A stretch of DNA of 64,000 nucleotides from Candidatus Aenigmatarchaeota archaeon (GTDB lineage Archaea; Aenigmatarchaeota; Aenigmatarchaeia; QMZP01; JAFGSV01). The DNA lies in the NCBI GenBank assembly GCA_016931255.1, contig JAFGFG010000001.1, positions 30,961 through 94,960 on the forward strand. Direction: 5' to 3'. This document shows, one piece after another, positions 17,730 through 26,620 of the stretch. The notes below the pieces were generated by a model, which worked only from the letters and a program-made list of their open reading frames with translations, did no database searches and was not told the origin of the DNA. The translations under genes and the position numbers were made by a program. Each line of letters opens with the position of its first letter. Within the stretch, counting starts at the first letter, position 1.

Positions 17730-18446
17730 TTAAGACATTAATATCGCTTTTAGCTTTTCAATTGAAAGCATTTCTCCTCTTTTGCGATGAATCATTTTGT
17801 GGCAGTTCGAGCATAATGGAGAGACCTTCTCCAAAGCCTCGTCCAGCGTTGTCTGGCTACCAGTTATCTCCATCTCGTGAACTGGTTCCTTGTGATGTAT
17901 TTCTATGAAGCCCTTCCCGTGTTCACCATATCTGTTCTCGAAGTCGAAACCACAAGCTTCGCACGGCAACCTGCCGCTGTTCCTATTTTTGAACTCCATC
18001 ACCGCAACGCTCCTGAGCTTCTGGGAACGCTCATGCTGGCTGGTCGTCCTTACCTCCATCGCACCTTCCTCTATGATGATGCCCGAGAAATCGGCATCTA
18101 TCACCTTTTCTATCTGGCGTTTCTTGAAGCCCTGAGACTTCATAGACTCAAAAACGGGCTTGTTTTCCTCCACATAACCCAATCTCCTGTCGGTGATTTT
18201 CCATATGCCGCCAGCGATATATTCGGCAAGCCCACTGATTGTCAGAGTGTCGTGAGATTTCAGGTTTCTGACTTTCTGGCTGAAATATGTATCATTCCTG
18301 TTGCTTATTGTCTCTGCGTCATGCCCTGTCGGTTGCAACCTCTTCCCAAGCTCACTTATCAATTGGGCAGTAGTCACGTTGTTCGGATAATGACTTTTCA
18401 TTATCTCAAGGGCAGGAATAATCAAGTCCTGCTCGGTGTAAACCAT
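17730..18446 (-). CDS. HNH endonuclease with N-terminal DNA-binding-like domain (putative restriction enzyme)
   Basis: 238 aa with a C-terminal HNH/zinc module, CEACGFDFENRYGEHGKGFIEIHHKEP...CSNCHKMIH. It is convergent with the methyltransferase. Confidence 0.8.
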   Translation of the reverse strand: MVYTEQDLIIPALEIMKSHYPNNVTTAQLISELGKRLQPTGHDAETISNRNDTYFSQKVRNLKSHDTLTISGLAEYIAGGIWKITDRRLGYVEENKPVFESMKSQGFKKRQIEKVIDADFSGIIIEEGAMEVRTTSQHERSQKLRSVAVMEFKNRNSGRLPCEACGFDFENRYGEHGKGFIEIHHKEPVHEMEITGSQTTLDEALEKVSPLCSNCHKMIHRKRGEMLSIEKLKAILMS

Positions 18447-18480
18447 AATTTTTATATGTGACGGATATTTAAAATCTAAT

Positions 18481-18819
18481 ATGGGAAGAGCCGCAAATTA
18501 CGGTGCAGACAGAGGGAAACTGAAAGCGTGGGCAGACCAAGAGAGGCGTGTCCTCAACAACGAGAATGTGATAATCAAGGACGGGAGTGGAAGATACCCA
18601 GAATGTTTTGAAATACTGCCTTACGGATGGTGCCCGAAGCTAGAGGAAATTCCAGAGGACCCAAAAGATGTGCCGAAGACCTGCAAGGCTTGTCAGGAGT
18701 TCCTCAAAAGCAAGTTCTACGAGAAGTACTTCATGTTAGATAATTACAGGAAGAAGTTGGAACGCATGAAGTCTCTGGGTTTACCAACGATGATAGTGAA
18801 CGAGAGAAAAAGAGATTAA
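18481..18819 (+). CDS. hypothetical protein
   Basis: 112-aa ORF in the AT-rich island with scattered Cys (CPKL...CKAC). Confidence 0.45.
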   Translation: MGRAANYGADRGKLKAWADQERRVLNNENVIIKDGSGRYPECFEILPYGWCPKLEEIPEDPKDVPKTCKACQEFLKSKFYEKYFMLDNYRKKLERMKSLGLPTMIVNERKRD

Positions 18820-19024
18820 ATGAGACCCAGTGTTATTGGAATCTTTTGTCAACAGCTTATGCGAAAATTTCTCAGTTTAACTATTCTCTGACAATTAACG
18901 TAATGCACAGGTTCGTAACGTTACATTCCTTTTCTTAAAACTTTCTTATGTGACTACAAGACGATATTTTGTAGTCACACACGATTACCAAAGGGGAACA
19001 GATGTTAATTGAGGAGAACCTTAA

Positions 19025-19732
19025 ATGAGACAGAGGAAAAGAGTGGTCACGAATTCTAAAAGTCAGATGAGATTGCAAGAAAGACTTGCCAAAAAATACT
19101 GTTCGCTGCACCATTTCATTGATGTAAGCGGCGGTCCCCCACAGAAGACCGCTTTCGGCCTCTTCAGTATTAACAGGAATTCCATGAACAGGGTCTACAA
19201 GGACTTCAGAAAAACATTTCCCAGATATGTCGGCAAAAGGGCCAAGGCATCCAGTCTCGATGAAGAGGAACTCATCAAAATAATAGACTTTTTCAATTCC
19301 AACGGGATTATGATGCGTGCATCTTGCGTAGAGAATGGTGACTGGTTGTTCTATAAAAGGACTTATGAACACAGAAAAAAATACTTCGAAGAAAGAATTT
19401 ATGGGATGATATACTGCACTATACTGAAAACCGTGTCTTATAGGGATTATCCATATCCGGTCATCATGTGTAAGGAGAGATATCTGAGAAGGCCAGAGAC
19501 TGCATTGGACATATGCAAAGAATTCTCGAATTATAGCGGGTATCATTTTAGTCTTTCTTTCGGTGACAGGAAAGTTACGGATGAACTGAGATTTGCGGAC
19601 TTTATAGCTGGTTCCGCATTCAAAATAAACAGAAAAAAACTAGAAAATTTTGAAAATTTTCACTTCATAGATATCAAACTGCCACGAATTTATTGTCTAA
19701 AAGCATTCAATTACCATAAAAGTGAAATATGA
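19025..19732 (+). CDS. DUF3800-like protein
   Basis: 235 aa with an N-terminal FIDVSG (resembles the DUF3800 iDESG motif). The C-terminal LRFADFIAGS resembles the ADxxAG motif. Confidence 0.5.
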   Translation: MRQRKRVVTNSKSQMRLQERLAKKYCSLHHFIDVSGGPPQKTAFGLFSINRNSMNRVYKDFRKTFPRYVGKRAKASSLDEEELIKIIDFFNSNGIMMRASCVENGDWLFYKRTYEHRKKYFEERIYGMIYCTILKTVSYRDYPYPVIMCKERYLRRPETALDICKEFSNYSGYHFSLSFGDRKVTDELRFADFIAGSAFKINRKKLENFENFHFIDIKLPRIYCLKAFNYHKSEI

Positions 19733-20383
19733 CGGATGTCATCCGAATATAAGAGCTCCAAGGAATTATGGAGTTCATCTTATACCGTTGATCCAAAGGA
19801 GGTGATAGAATGGCCTTATAACCATTAATCACCTAATCAATACTTATACGGGAGCATTTAAAAGGCTTTTGGTGACCCTAAAGTGTTTATTTCTACCATT
19901 TTACAGCGAAGTCGCGAGAAGTAAACAGAAAGAATAAGCAAAACTTATTAAGAAAACTTACAAGAAAGAAATATGACGTATGTTCTTATCGATGGAAAAA
20001 CCTTCCAGGAAACCAATTTTGAGAAGGAAGAGGAAGATAGCACCGATAAAGCTTGACAATGGTAAAAAGGGAATTGCGCCCCAGTCCCCAAGATATACAA
20101 CTTACGATAAGTTAACAAAGGCAAAGAGTATAAGTGAACTTTGGTAGTTTAGGGTATACCAGTGAAATGTGGGCTAAAACGACGCTTTACTCGTGACCAA
20201 TTAACCAATAGCGCCGATTAGTATCGGTTTCCGTCAATCTTTCTCTTGGTCTCCTGTAGATATCCGGACATTTCTACCCAAAACGTTACAAAATGGATAT
20301 TATGTCACCTCCAATGTTCCAATCCCCAGCCAAAAGTAACGTTTTAGTTACTATTATTTAAGAGGGTAACGTAAATATAGAAT

Positions 20384-20959
20384 ATGGGAACCACAGAAAA
20401 CGAATCGGCGTATTATCTGACTCAGGATGAAATCCGGAAAATTATTACAGTTGCCGGAAGTTTAAGGGACAGAGCAATATTCAAGATTCTTGCAAGGACT
20501 GGAATGAGACGGGGAGAATTAAGAGATCTGGAAGTGAGAGATATAGATTTTGAGAAAAGAAGATTATTCATAAGATCCGGAAAAGGTGATAAAAGCAGAA
20601 CAGTTCCAGTTGACCAGGATACGCTACAGGATGTCCGGTTTTATCTGGGTGAGCGAAAAGAAGGAAAATTGATACAAAGCAACAAGGCAGAATCGATATC
20701 CCTGAAGCAAATCAACGAGATATGTGCTAAGGCTGGTAAGGTAGCAGGAGTAAGACACCCGAATCCTGCAAAAGAAGATATAAACCCCCATCTTTTCAGG
20801 CATTCATTTGCTCGCATGATGCTGGAAAAGGGTATGAGAATGGAAGAGGTCCAGAAGGTTCTTGGACACTCCAGTATCAAGACAACAATGGATGTTTATG
20901 GTACTCCTGGTATGGAAAGTGTGCAGAGCAGCTACGATAGGATAATGGAAGACGTCTGA
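20384..20959 (+). CDS. short tyrosine recombinase/integrase (catalytic domain only)
   Basis: 191 aa with ARTGMRRGEL (Arg-I), HLFRHSFA (HxxR) and LGHSSIKTTMDVYG (His, Tyr). There is no core-binding domain. Confidence 0.85.
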   Translation: MGTTENESAYYLTQDEIRKIITVAGSLRDRAIFKILARTGMRRGELRDLEVRDIDFEKRRLFIRSGKGDKSRTVPVDQDTLQDVRFYLGERKEGKLIQSNKAESISLKQINEICAKAGKVAGVRHPNPAKEDINPHLFRHSFARMMLEKGMRMEEVQKVLGHSSIKTTMDVYGTPGMESVQSSYDRIMEDV

Positions 20960-21433
20960 CTAGCCGCTGATTTCTTCAAGCCTCTTGCGCCATTCGCCGA
21001 TTCTGCTGTTAGTCTTCCTGGAAGCGAAATCCATCAGCATGGAATTGAATCTTTCAGCCCGTCTGATAAGACTTTTCACTTCTTCCCTGGTAATTTCGAA
21101 ATCCACGTAATACTGCTTGTCAATCCGCTCGTTTTTGGCATATGAAATGTCTGAATTGTCAATACCGTAAACCTCTTTCAGTATTATTATGACTGCCGCA
21201 TGGTTCTCGCACTTTATGCCTGTCCCGAAAAGAATGGCGGATGCTGCATGATACATGCTGTAGTATGCCATGACTACCGACTCCTCGAGGTGTCCGCTTC
21301 TGAGGAGTATATTAGCTGATTCCGTGTTGCTTCCGGATTTTGCCAAGTACGACTTCATCACATTGTCGCTCGGCTCGACCATCTCGAGCTTCCCTTCCTT
21401 TTTCAGTTTACTTAAAAATCCGATTCTTCTCAT
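20960..21433 (-). CDS. HEPN-domain protein (toxin partner of MNT)
   Basis: 157 aa, helical and HEPN-like (LEESVVMAYYSMYHAASAILF...). It lies downstream of and overlapping the nucleotidyltransferase gene. Its stop abuts the integrase stop. Confidence 0.65.
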   Translation of the reverse strand: MRRIGFLSKLKKEGKLEMVEPSDNVMKSYLAKSGSNTESANILLRSGHLEESVVMAYYSMYHAASAILFGTGIKCENHAAVIIILKEVYGIDNSDISYAKNERIDKQYYVDFEITREEVKSLIRRAERFNSMLMDFASRKTNSRIGEWRKRLEEISG

Positions 21434-21980
21434 AGAATTCCTCTGTCCCCTTTATTATGACGTGGTTCTTTTCTATCTCCTGCATGAGCGGATTGCCTGG
21501 GTCATATCTTCCCATTTTGATGCTTACTCTGGAATCAGTCATTTCCAGGTCGCTCTTCAGTTTCCTGTCTGCCGATTCCATGTATATGTCTATATCGCTG
21601 TCTTTCTTGACAGTTCCTTTTGCATAGGAACCGAAAATGATGGACATCCCCGCTCTCTTGTCTTTCTGTATTGTTTCGACAATCTTCCTCAGATTGGGGT
21701 ATTTTTTCAGGGTCCGCATAAGTTTGTAGTTCTCAAGCATGAGAACGTAGGATCTGGTCTCGTTTGTCTCCTTGAGGAAATATACCTTGTTTTTTCCTTC
21801 TTCCCGGAAATCCACGACGTTCTCGTAAGAAAGCTCCTTCAGCTTTCTGGAAACAGTCATATGGTTTATGTTTGTCACTTTTGAAAGTCTCCTTACATGC
21901 ATCTCAGTCTTCGTAAGTTGTTCTATCAGTACCATCTTCTCGTTCTCATTAATGTAACTTTTTTGTTCCATGTGTAACAT
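21408..21980 (-). CDS. wHTH-fused minimal nucleotidyltransferase (MNT antitoxin-like)
   Basis: 190 aa with an N-terminal wHTH (RRLSKVTNINHMTVSRKLKEL). The NTase motif is GSYAKGTVKKDSDIDIY. Confidence 0.8.
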   Translation of the reverse strand: MLHMEQKSYINENEKMVLIEQLTKTEMHVRRLSKVTNINHMTVSRKLKELSYENVVDFREEGKNKVYFLKETNETRSYVLMLENYKLMRTLKKYPNLRKIVETIQKDKRAGMSIIFGSYAKGTVKKDSDIDIYMESADRKLKSDLEMTDSRVSIKMGRYDPGNPLMQEIEKNHVIIKGTEEFYEKNRIFK

Positions 21981-22008
21981 TTATGTTACAATGGTTTATA
22001 AATGTTTC

Positions 22009-22103
22009 GGCCACCTCAGCATCAAGACCACGATAGACGTCTACGGAATCCTTAGATGGAAAGCGTGCAGAACAGCTACGACAGGATAATGAACGACGTC
22101 TGA
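22009..22103 (+). pseudogene. relic 3-prime end of a diverged tyrosine recombinase gene
   Basis: The 95 nt align to 20864..20959 (the integrase C-terminus). By eye about four-fifths of positions match, with a 1-nt indel. It still reads ...SIKTTIDVYG / MESVQNSYDRIMNDV* in two frames. Confidence 0.75.
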
Positions 22104-22154
22104 TTCTTTACCTGAGGGAAAAGCATTTTATGACCTGAAGGCAAAAGCGTTATT

Positions 22155-23225
22155 ATGGCACTCGAAGACATCATAGCCTACAGCATGTTCGGCAACACCA
22201 TGGGAAGCTATTTCCATGCTGTCGTTGTTTTCGCAGCCGTATTCATATCCCTATACATCCTGAGATACGTGCTTCTGAAGAGCGCAAGGGGGATAGCCGG
22301 GAGGACCAGATTCGGGAAGGAGAACTTCTTCACGAGACTTGTGAGGAGCATAGGCTTGCCGCTCTACTTCCTGGTAGCGCTTTATCTTGCCGTTAAGCAG
22401 GTGGTCATACCAATCGAACTCGTCGATTTCGTCGACTATGCATTCTTTCTGGTGGCCGTCTTCTATGTGGTGAGGAGTTTCAATCGGCTCGTGGACTTCT
22501 CGACCAACAAGGTCGTGGAGATAAAGAAGAAGAAGGACGGGGACTCCGGAGTGGACACAGGCGTAGTCGATATATTCAGGAAGCTGGTCAAAATCGCCGC
22601 GTGGGTGGCAGCGCTCCTCTTCATAATCTATTATTTCGGCTACGACATAAGCGGCGCGATGCTCGGGCTCGGCGTCACGGGAATAGTTGTGGGATTCGCC
22701 CTCCAGAGCGTCCTAGCGGATCTCTTTGCGTCGTTCTCCATATACTTCGACAGGCCGTTCCAGATAGGTGACTTCATAGTCATAGGTGATGACCTCGGCA
22801 GCGTCACCAAGGTCGGGCTCCGCTCCACAAGGATAAAGCACCTCAAAGGGCAGGAGTTGATAGTTCCTAATAGCGAACTGTCGAAGATAAGGATAAACAA
22901 CTACGGGAAGATGGAGAAGAGGAGGATATCGTTCACGTTCGGCGTGACCTACGACACACCGTCGAAGAAGCTGGAAGCGATACCCGGCATAGTGAAGGAC
23001 ATAATAAACGGGGTGAAGTTCGCGGACGCCGACAGGGTGCACTTCAAGGAATACGGGGATTCGGCGCTCATATTCGAGGTGGTGTATTTCGTGGCCACGG
23101 GAGACTACAACAAGTACATGGACATCCAGGAGAAGATAAACCTCGGGCTCAAGAGAATGCTGGAGAAGATGAAGGTCGAGTTCGCCTATCCGACGCAGAC
23201 ACTCTATGTCAAGAAGTCGCGATAG
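22155..23225 (+). CDS. MscS-family mechanosensitive channel
   Basis: 356 aa with N-terminal TM helices. The pore and beta-domain block GLGVTGIVVGFALQSVLADLFASFSIYFDRPFQIGDFI is present. Confidence 0.9.
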   Translation: MALEDIIAYSMFGNTMGSYFHAVVVFAAVFISLYILRYVLLKSARGIAGRTRFGKENFFTRLVRSIGLPLYFLVALYLAVKQVVIPIELVDFVDYAFFLVAVFYVVRSFNRLVDFSTNKVVEIKKKKDGDSGVDTGVVDIFRKLVKIAAWVAALLFIIYYFGYDISGAMLGLGVTGIVVGFALQSVLADLFASFSIYFDRPFQIGDFIVIGDDLGSVTKVGLRSTRIKHLKGQELIVPNSELSKIRINNYGKMEKRRISFTFGVTYDTPSKKLEAIPGIVKDIINGVKFADADRVHFKEYGDSALIFEVVYFVATGDYNKYMDIQEKINLGLKRMLEKMKVEFAYPTQTLYVKKSR

Positions 23226-23327
23226 TCCTCAGTTCACAAGAATACAATTATTATTAGCATTCCGGCTTTTTAATGCTGGTGGTGAGGCATTTTTAAGCGT
23301 CCGGAATCTTACTATGCAAGGGTCTCA

Positions 23328-23558
23328 TTGAATACAGAAAATAACCGTTCTAAGGACGAGTCTAGGCTGACATATTGTGATTCATGCAACGAACATAAAC
23401 TGTGCACAAGGTACGATATAGAGTATACCGACATCCCAAGAATCGGCATATACGGAAATCCTATATCGGAATCGCCCGATCTCTGCGATTCGTGCATGGA
23501 TATTATTATTCTGGAGCCTTTCAGGAAGATGAGTCTGCAGGCGTCCGGAAAGGGTTAA
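23328..23558 (+). CDS. hypothetical Cys-containing protein
   Basis: 76-aa ORF with CDSC...C...CDSC. Confidence 0.4.
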   Translation: MNTENNRSKDESRLTYCDSCNEHKLCTRYDIEYTDIPRIGIYGNPISESPDLCDSCMDIIILEPFRKMSLQASGKG

Positions 23559-23568
23559 AAAACCTGCC
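23543..23568 (+). promoter_or_regulatory. conserved promoter-like element (copy 1)
   Basis: GTCCGGAAAGGGTTAAAAAACCTGCC ends 14 nt before the ATG at 23583. It matches 23975..24000 at 22 of 26 positions. Confidence 0.4.
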
Positions 23569-23582
23569 TGTACAGAATTATC

Positions 23583-23963
23583 ATGGCGTCCCTTTACAGG
23601 CAGCTGAAGGAGATATACAAGGACAAAAGGAATTTCCTGAAGGAATATGGCGGGGACTGTGATTCAATAGCCTGCGGGAATTTCATGGACGTGTGTGCCA
23701 CGAAGGAATCCCATGTGATAGCGGATTATTCAATGAAAAATTCAACTTTTTCAAGAATGCTCCACGAGGATGGCTTTGCTGAAAAGCTGCTTGAAGACTA
23801 CGGAAAAATTATCTTATGGCCTAATACGATGAAAAGGATAAAAACCTCCGGCGACCTTAGGGATATACTTGGAATAATGCCTTTCAGGAAAAAGGCTGCG
23901 TCAGAAAGGATGATATTCATCTCAAGTGTCATGGACCGCGTTTACAGGACAAGGTACGGCTGA
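23583..23963 (+). CDS. hypothetical protein (N-terminus MASLYR, related to next gene)
   Basis: 126-aa ORF. It shares its N-terminal residues and upstream element with 24015..24578. Confidence 0.45.
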   Translation: MASLYRQLKEIYKDKRNFLKEYGGDCDSIACGNFMDVCATKESHVIADYSMKNSTFSRMLHEDGFAEKLLEDYGKIILWPNTMKRIKTSGDLRDILGIMPFRKKAASERMIFISSVMDRVYRTRYG

Positions 23964-23974
23964 TTTGCGGCAGT

Positions 23975-24000
23975 GTCCGCAAAGGATTAAAAATCTTGCC
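23975..24000 (+). promoter_or_regulatory. conserved promoter-like element (copy 2)
   Basis: GTCCGCAAAGGATTAAAAATCTTGCC ends 14 nt before the ATG at 24015. Confidence 0.4.
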
Positions 24001-24014
24001 GACATCTCCTCAAT

Positions 24015-24578
24015 ATGGTATCTCTCTACAGAAGCATCATCAGGTACAGGAACAGGGAAAGTAAAATAGATAAGGTGTACGGCGATTCTTCTTGCTTCTT
24101 CCCGGGACATGATTCTGGAATGGATGATGCGAAGGCAGAGCTTGTCTCCAGATTCAGGAAGGCCTACAGAAGCAATCCGGTCATCAGGGACGCGGTCAAC
24201 GGAAGGCGCACCATATCGGAGACTGCATGCAATTACACCATGGGGGATGATGCGATATTCCCTGGCACTAAGAACCGCAAGATGAGGCAGGTGAACACGT
24301 ACCTGATGATGGCCACGGGAATCAATGATCCTCTCGAGCCGCCCGTGTTCATCAGCGGCAGCAGAAAGATGAGCCATCTGATGGCGCGGGCGAAGTTCGT
24401 TGATGATTACCTCAGCGCGTATTCCGGCAACATAGTCGCATCGCCTGAAGACATGCTGCCCGGCGGGCTTTCTGAATCGCTCAGCCGGAAGCCATGGATT
24501 ATCAGGATGCTCAATGAAGCTTTAGAATCCCTGCACAGCACGGACAGCACTAACATGACTAACAGCTACTGGCCCTGA
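24015..24578 (+). CDS. hypothetical protein (N-terminus MVSLYR)
   Basis: 187-aa ORF. Confidence 0.45.
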   Translation: MVSLYRSIIRYRNRESKIDKVYGDSSCFFPGHDSGMDDAKAELVSRFRKAYRSNPVIRDAVNGRRTISETACNYTMGDDAIFPGTKNRKMRQVNTYLMMATGINDPLEPPVFISGSRKMSHLMARAKFVDDYLSAYSGNIVASPEDMLPGGLSESLSRKPWIIRMLNEALESLHSTDSTNMTNSYWP

Positions 24579-24587
24579 GCAGACGGT

Positions 24588-25064
24588 TCATATCATGCCG
24601 AAAATGCCAGCGAACCACATGAGGAGGTTTATTATCGCGAACTTGATGGAGTTCACGAATCCCAGTCCGCTGTATCTTATGGAACCGTCCTTGAGCGCTT
24701 CCTGGAATGTCTTCTCACCACCGACTATCTTTTCAAGGGTCGCTGTGTCCGTGTCTATTCTCACCGTCGCCTCGTCCCTGGCGCCTATTCCCGCATCCAC
24801 GAGCTTCCCGTCTGACAGCGCTGCGTAAAGCGGCCTGTCTATGCCCTCTATGTAGATGTTGACCTTCTCGTTGCCTATGACGCCCTTTACTTCCTCCGGC
24901 ATGCCGTCGAGACCTACAATCGAGCTGAGCATGCTGACATCTATGTCATCTTCATTTATGCTGTTTATTATGCTATTGTAGTCTATCGCAAGAGCTTTGG
25001 CCTGGAAGACAGCGAGCAACAGAATAATCATGGTAAATGCCACTGCTTTGGAGAGGTTTTCCAT
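24588..25064 (-). CDS. membrane-anchored SCP2-like domain protein
   Basis: 158 aa with N- and C-terminal hydrophobic segments. The central ATVRIDTDTATLEKIVGGEKTFQEALKDGSIRYSG resembles an SCP2 sterol-carrier fold. Confidence 0.45.
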   Translation of the reverse strand: MENLSKAVAFTMIILLLAVFQAKALAIDYNSIINSINEDDIDVSMLSSIVGLDGMPEEVKGVIGNEKVNIYIEGIDRPLYAALSDGKLVDAGIGARDEATVRIDTDTATLEKIVGGEKTFQEALKDGSIRYSGLGFVNSIKFAIINLLMWFAGIFGMI

Positions 25065-25160
25065 GTAATAATTATGTGCGCCACCCAGTTAAAAATGCCA
25101 TCTGAATGCCATGAAAAACCGAACAGAATTTAAACCAGTGAATCATAACTTTTCATTAAT

Positions 25161-26453
25161 ATGGAAAAACGGAACTTTCTCTTTGTTTCTCTTGATGCCC
25201 TTATAGGCGACATTGCCTGGCAGATTGCCAAGGAAGGTCACAATGTCAAGTACTACATCGACAACCCTGTTGAAAGGGAGGTCGCGGACGGGTTCGTCAC
25301 CAAGACCGACAACTGGAAGAAGGAAGTCGACTGGGCCGATGTGATAGTATTCGATGATGTTCTCGGAGAAGGAAAGAAGGCCCAGAGGCTCAGGGACAAG
25401 GGCCATAATGTCATAGGCGGATCTGCTTATTCAGACAAGCTTGAGGACAACCGTTCATTCGGCCAGGAGGAACTCAAGAAGGCCAAGATACCCATAATAC
25501 CATATCAGGATTTTACGTCATTCGATGACGCGATTGCTTTTGTTCAGGAGAAGCCGGCAAAGTACGTCATCAAGCCGAGCGGCGAGGCGCAGAACAAGAA
25601 GATGTCCCTTTTTGTGGGGGAGGAGGACGACGGCAAGGACGTCATACAGGTTCTGGACGCATACCGCCAGGCATGGTCCAAAAAAATAAGGACATTCCAG
25701 CTCCAGAGGAAGATATCAGGCGTGGAGGTGGCTGTAGGTGCATTCTTCAACGGAAGCAAGTTCATAACACCCATAAACGTCAACTTTGAACACAAGAAAC
25801 TCTTTCCAGGCAACATCGGGCCGTCCACAGGCGAGATGGGAACCACGATGTTCTGGAGTGCACCCAACAAGCTTTTCAATTCCACGCTCAAGAAAATCGA
25901 GCCCAAGCTCAGGGATGAGGGATATGTCGGGTACATAGACCTCAACTGCATAGTCAACAACAACGGGATATTTCCCCTAGAGTTCACGTCAAGGTTCGGC
26001 TACCCGACAATAAGCATACAGCAGGAAGGCATGATAACCCCCATAGGTGAATTCTTCCATGACCTTGCGCAGGGAAACAACCCCAAGCTGAAGGTCAAGA
26101 GCGGCTTCCAGGCAGGCGTCAGGATAGTCGTGCCGCCATTCCCGTTCAGGGACAAGAAGACATTCGATGTCCTCTCGAAGGACTCTGTCATAATTTTCAG
26201 GAAGCCCAACTACGACGGCATCCACATAGAGGATGTCAAGCTCCTCAACGGCGAATGGGTGATAACAGGCACGTCCGGCGTGGTGCTGATAGTATGCGGT
26301 ACGGGCCAGACCATGCTGCAGGCACAGAAGCAGGTCTACAGCAGGATAAACAACGTGGTCATACCATACATGTACTACAGGAAGGATATAGGAGACAGGT
26401 GGGTTGAGGACAGCGACCGGCTACACAACTGGGGATATCTCAGGGAAGTCTGA
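25161..26453 (+). CDS. PurD-like ATP-grasp enzyme (phosphoribosylamine-glycine ligase family)
   Basis: 430 aa. NFEHKKLFPGNIGPSTGEMG, EFTSRFGYP and the C-terminal AQKQVYSRI...YYRKDIG parallel PurD blocks. The N-terminal domain is atypical. Confidence 0.65.
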   Translation: MEKRNFLFVSLDALIGDIAWQIAKEGHNVKYYIDNPVEREVADGFVTKTDNWKKEVDWADVIVFDDVLGEGKKAQRLRDKGHNVIGGSAYSDKLEDNRSFGQEELKKAKIPIIPYQDFTSFDDAIAFVQEKPAKYVIKPSGEAQNKKMSLFVGEEDDGKDVIQVLDAYRQAWSKKIRTFQLQRKISGVEVAVGAFFNGSKFITPINVNFEHKKLFPGNIGPSTGEMGTTMFWSAPNKLFNSTLKKIEPKLRDEGYVGYIDLNCIVNNNGIFPLEFTSRFGYPTISIQQEGMITPIGEFFHDLAQGNNPKLKVKSGFQAGVRIVVPPFPFRDKKTFDVLSKDSVIIFRKPNYDGIHIEDVKLLNGEWVITGTSGVVLIVCGTGQTMLQAQKQVYSRINNVVIPYMYYRKDIGDRWVEDSDRLHNWGYLREV

Positions 26454-26620
26454 AAATCTCATTTTATTTGTGATTTTTTACTGCTGTAACATTATAACAC
26501 TCAAATAATTCATGATGTGCAGATGTTTTGTTAAAGATGAAATGAACGGTTAAAAAAAGTACAATAAAAATGAAACATCCAAATCGATGAATAAAAGCGA
26601 CATGCGCGTCAATTCATATC

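Larger units (their letters stand above)
16130..22105. mobile_element. AT-rich genomic island / degraded integrated element (R-M, DUF3800, integrase, HEPN-MNT)
   Basis: Composition drops sharply. Spot counts give 15/60 G+C at 16501..16560 against 36/60 at 15721..15780. The cargo is typical of mobile or defence islands, and there is a tyrosine recombinase plus a relic recombinase 3-prime end at 22009..22103. The boundaries are approximate. Confidence 0.45.
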
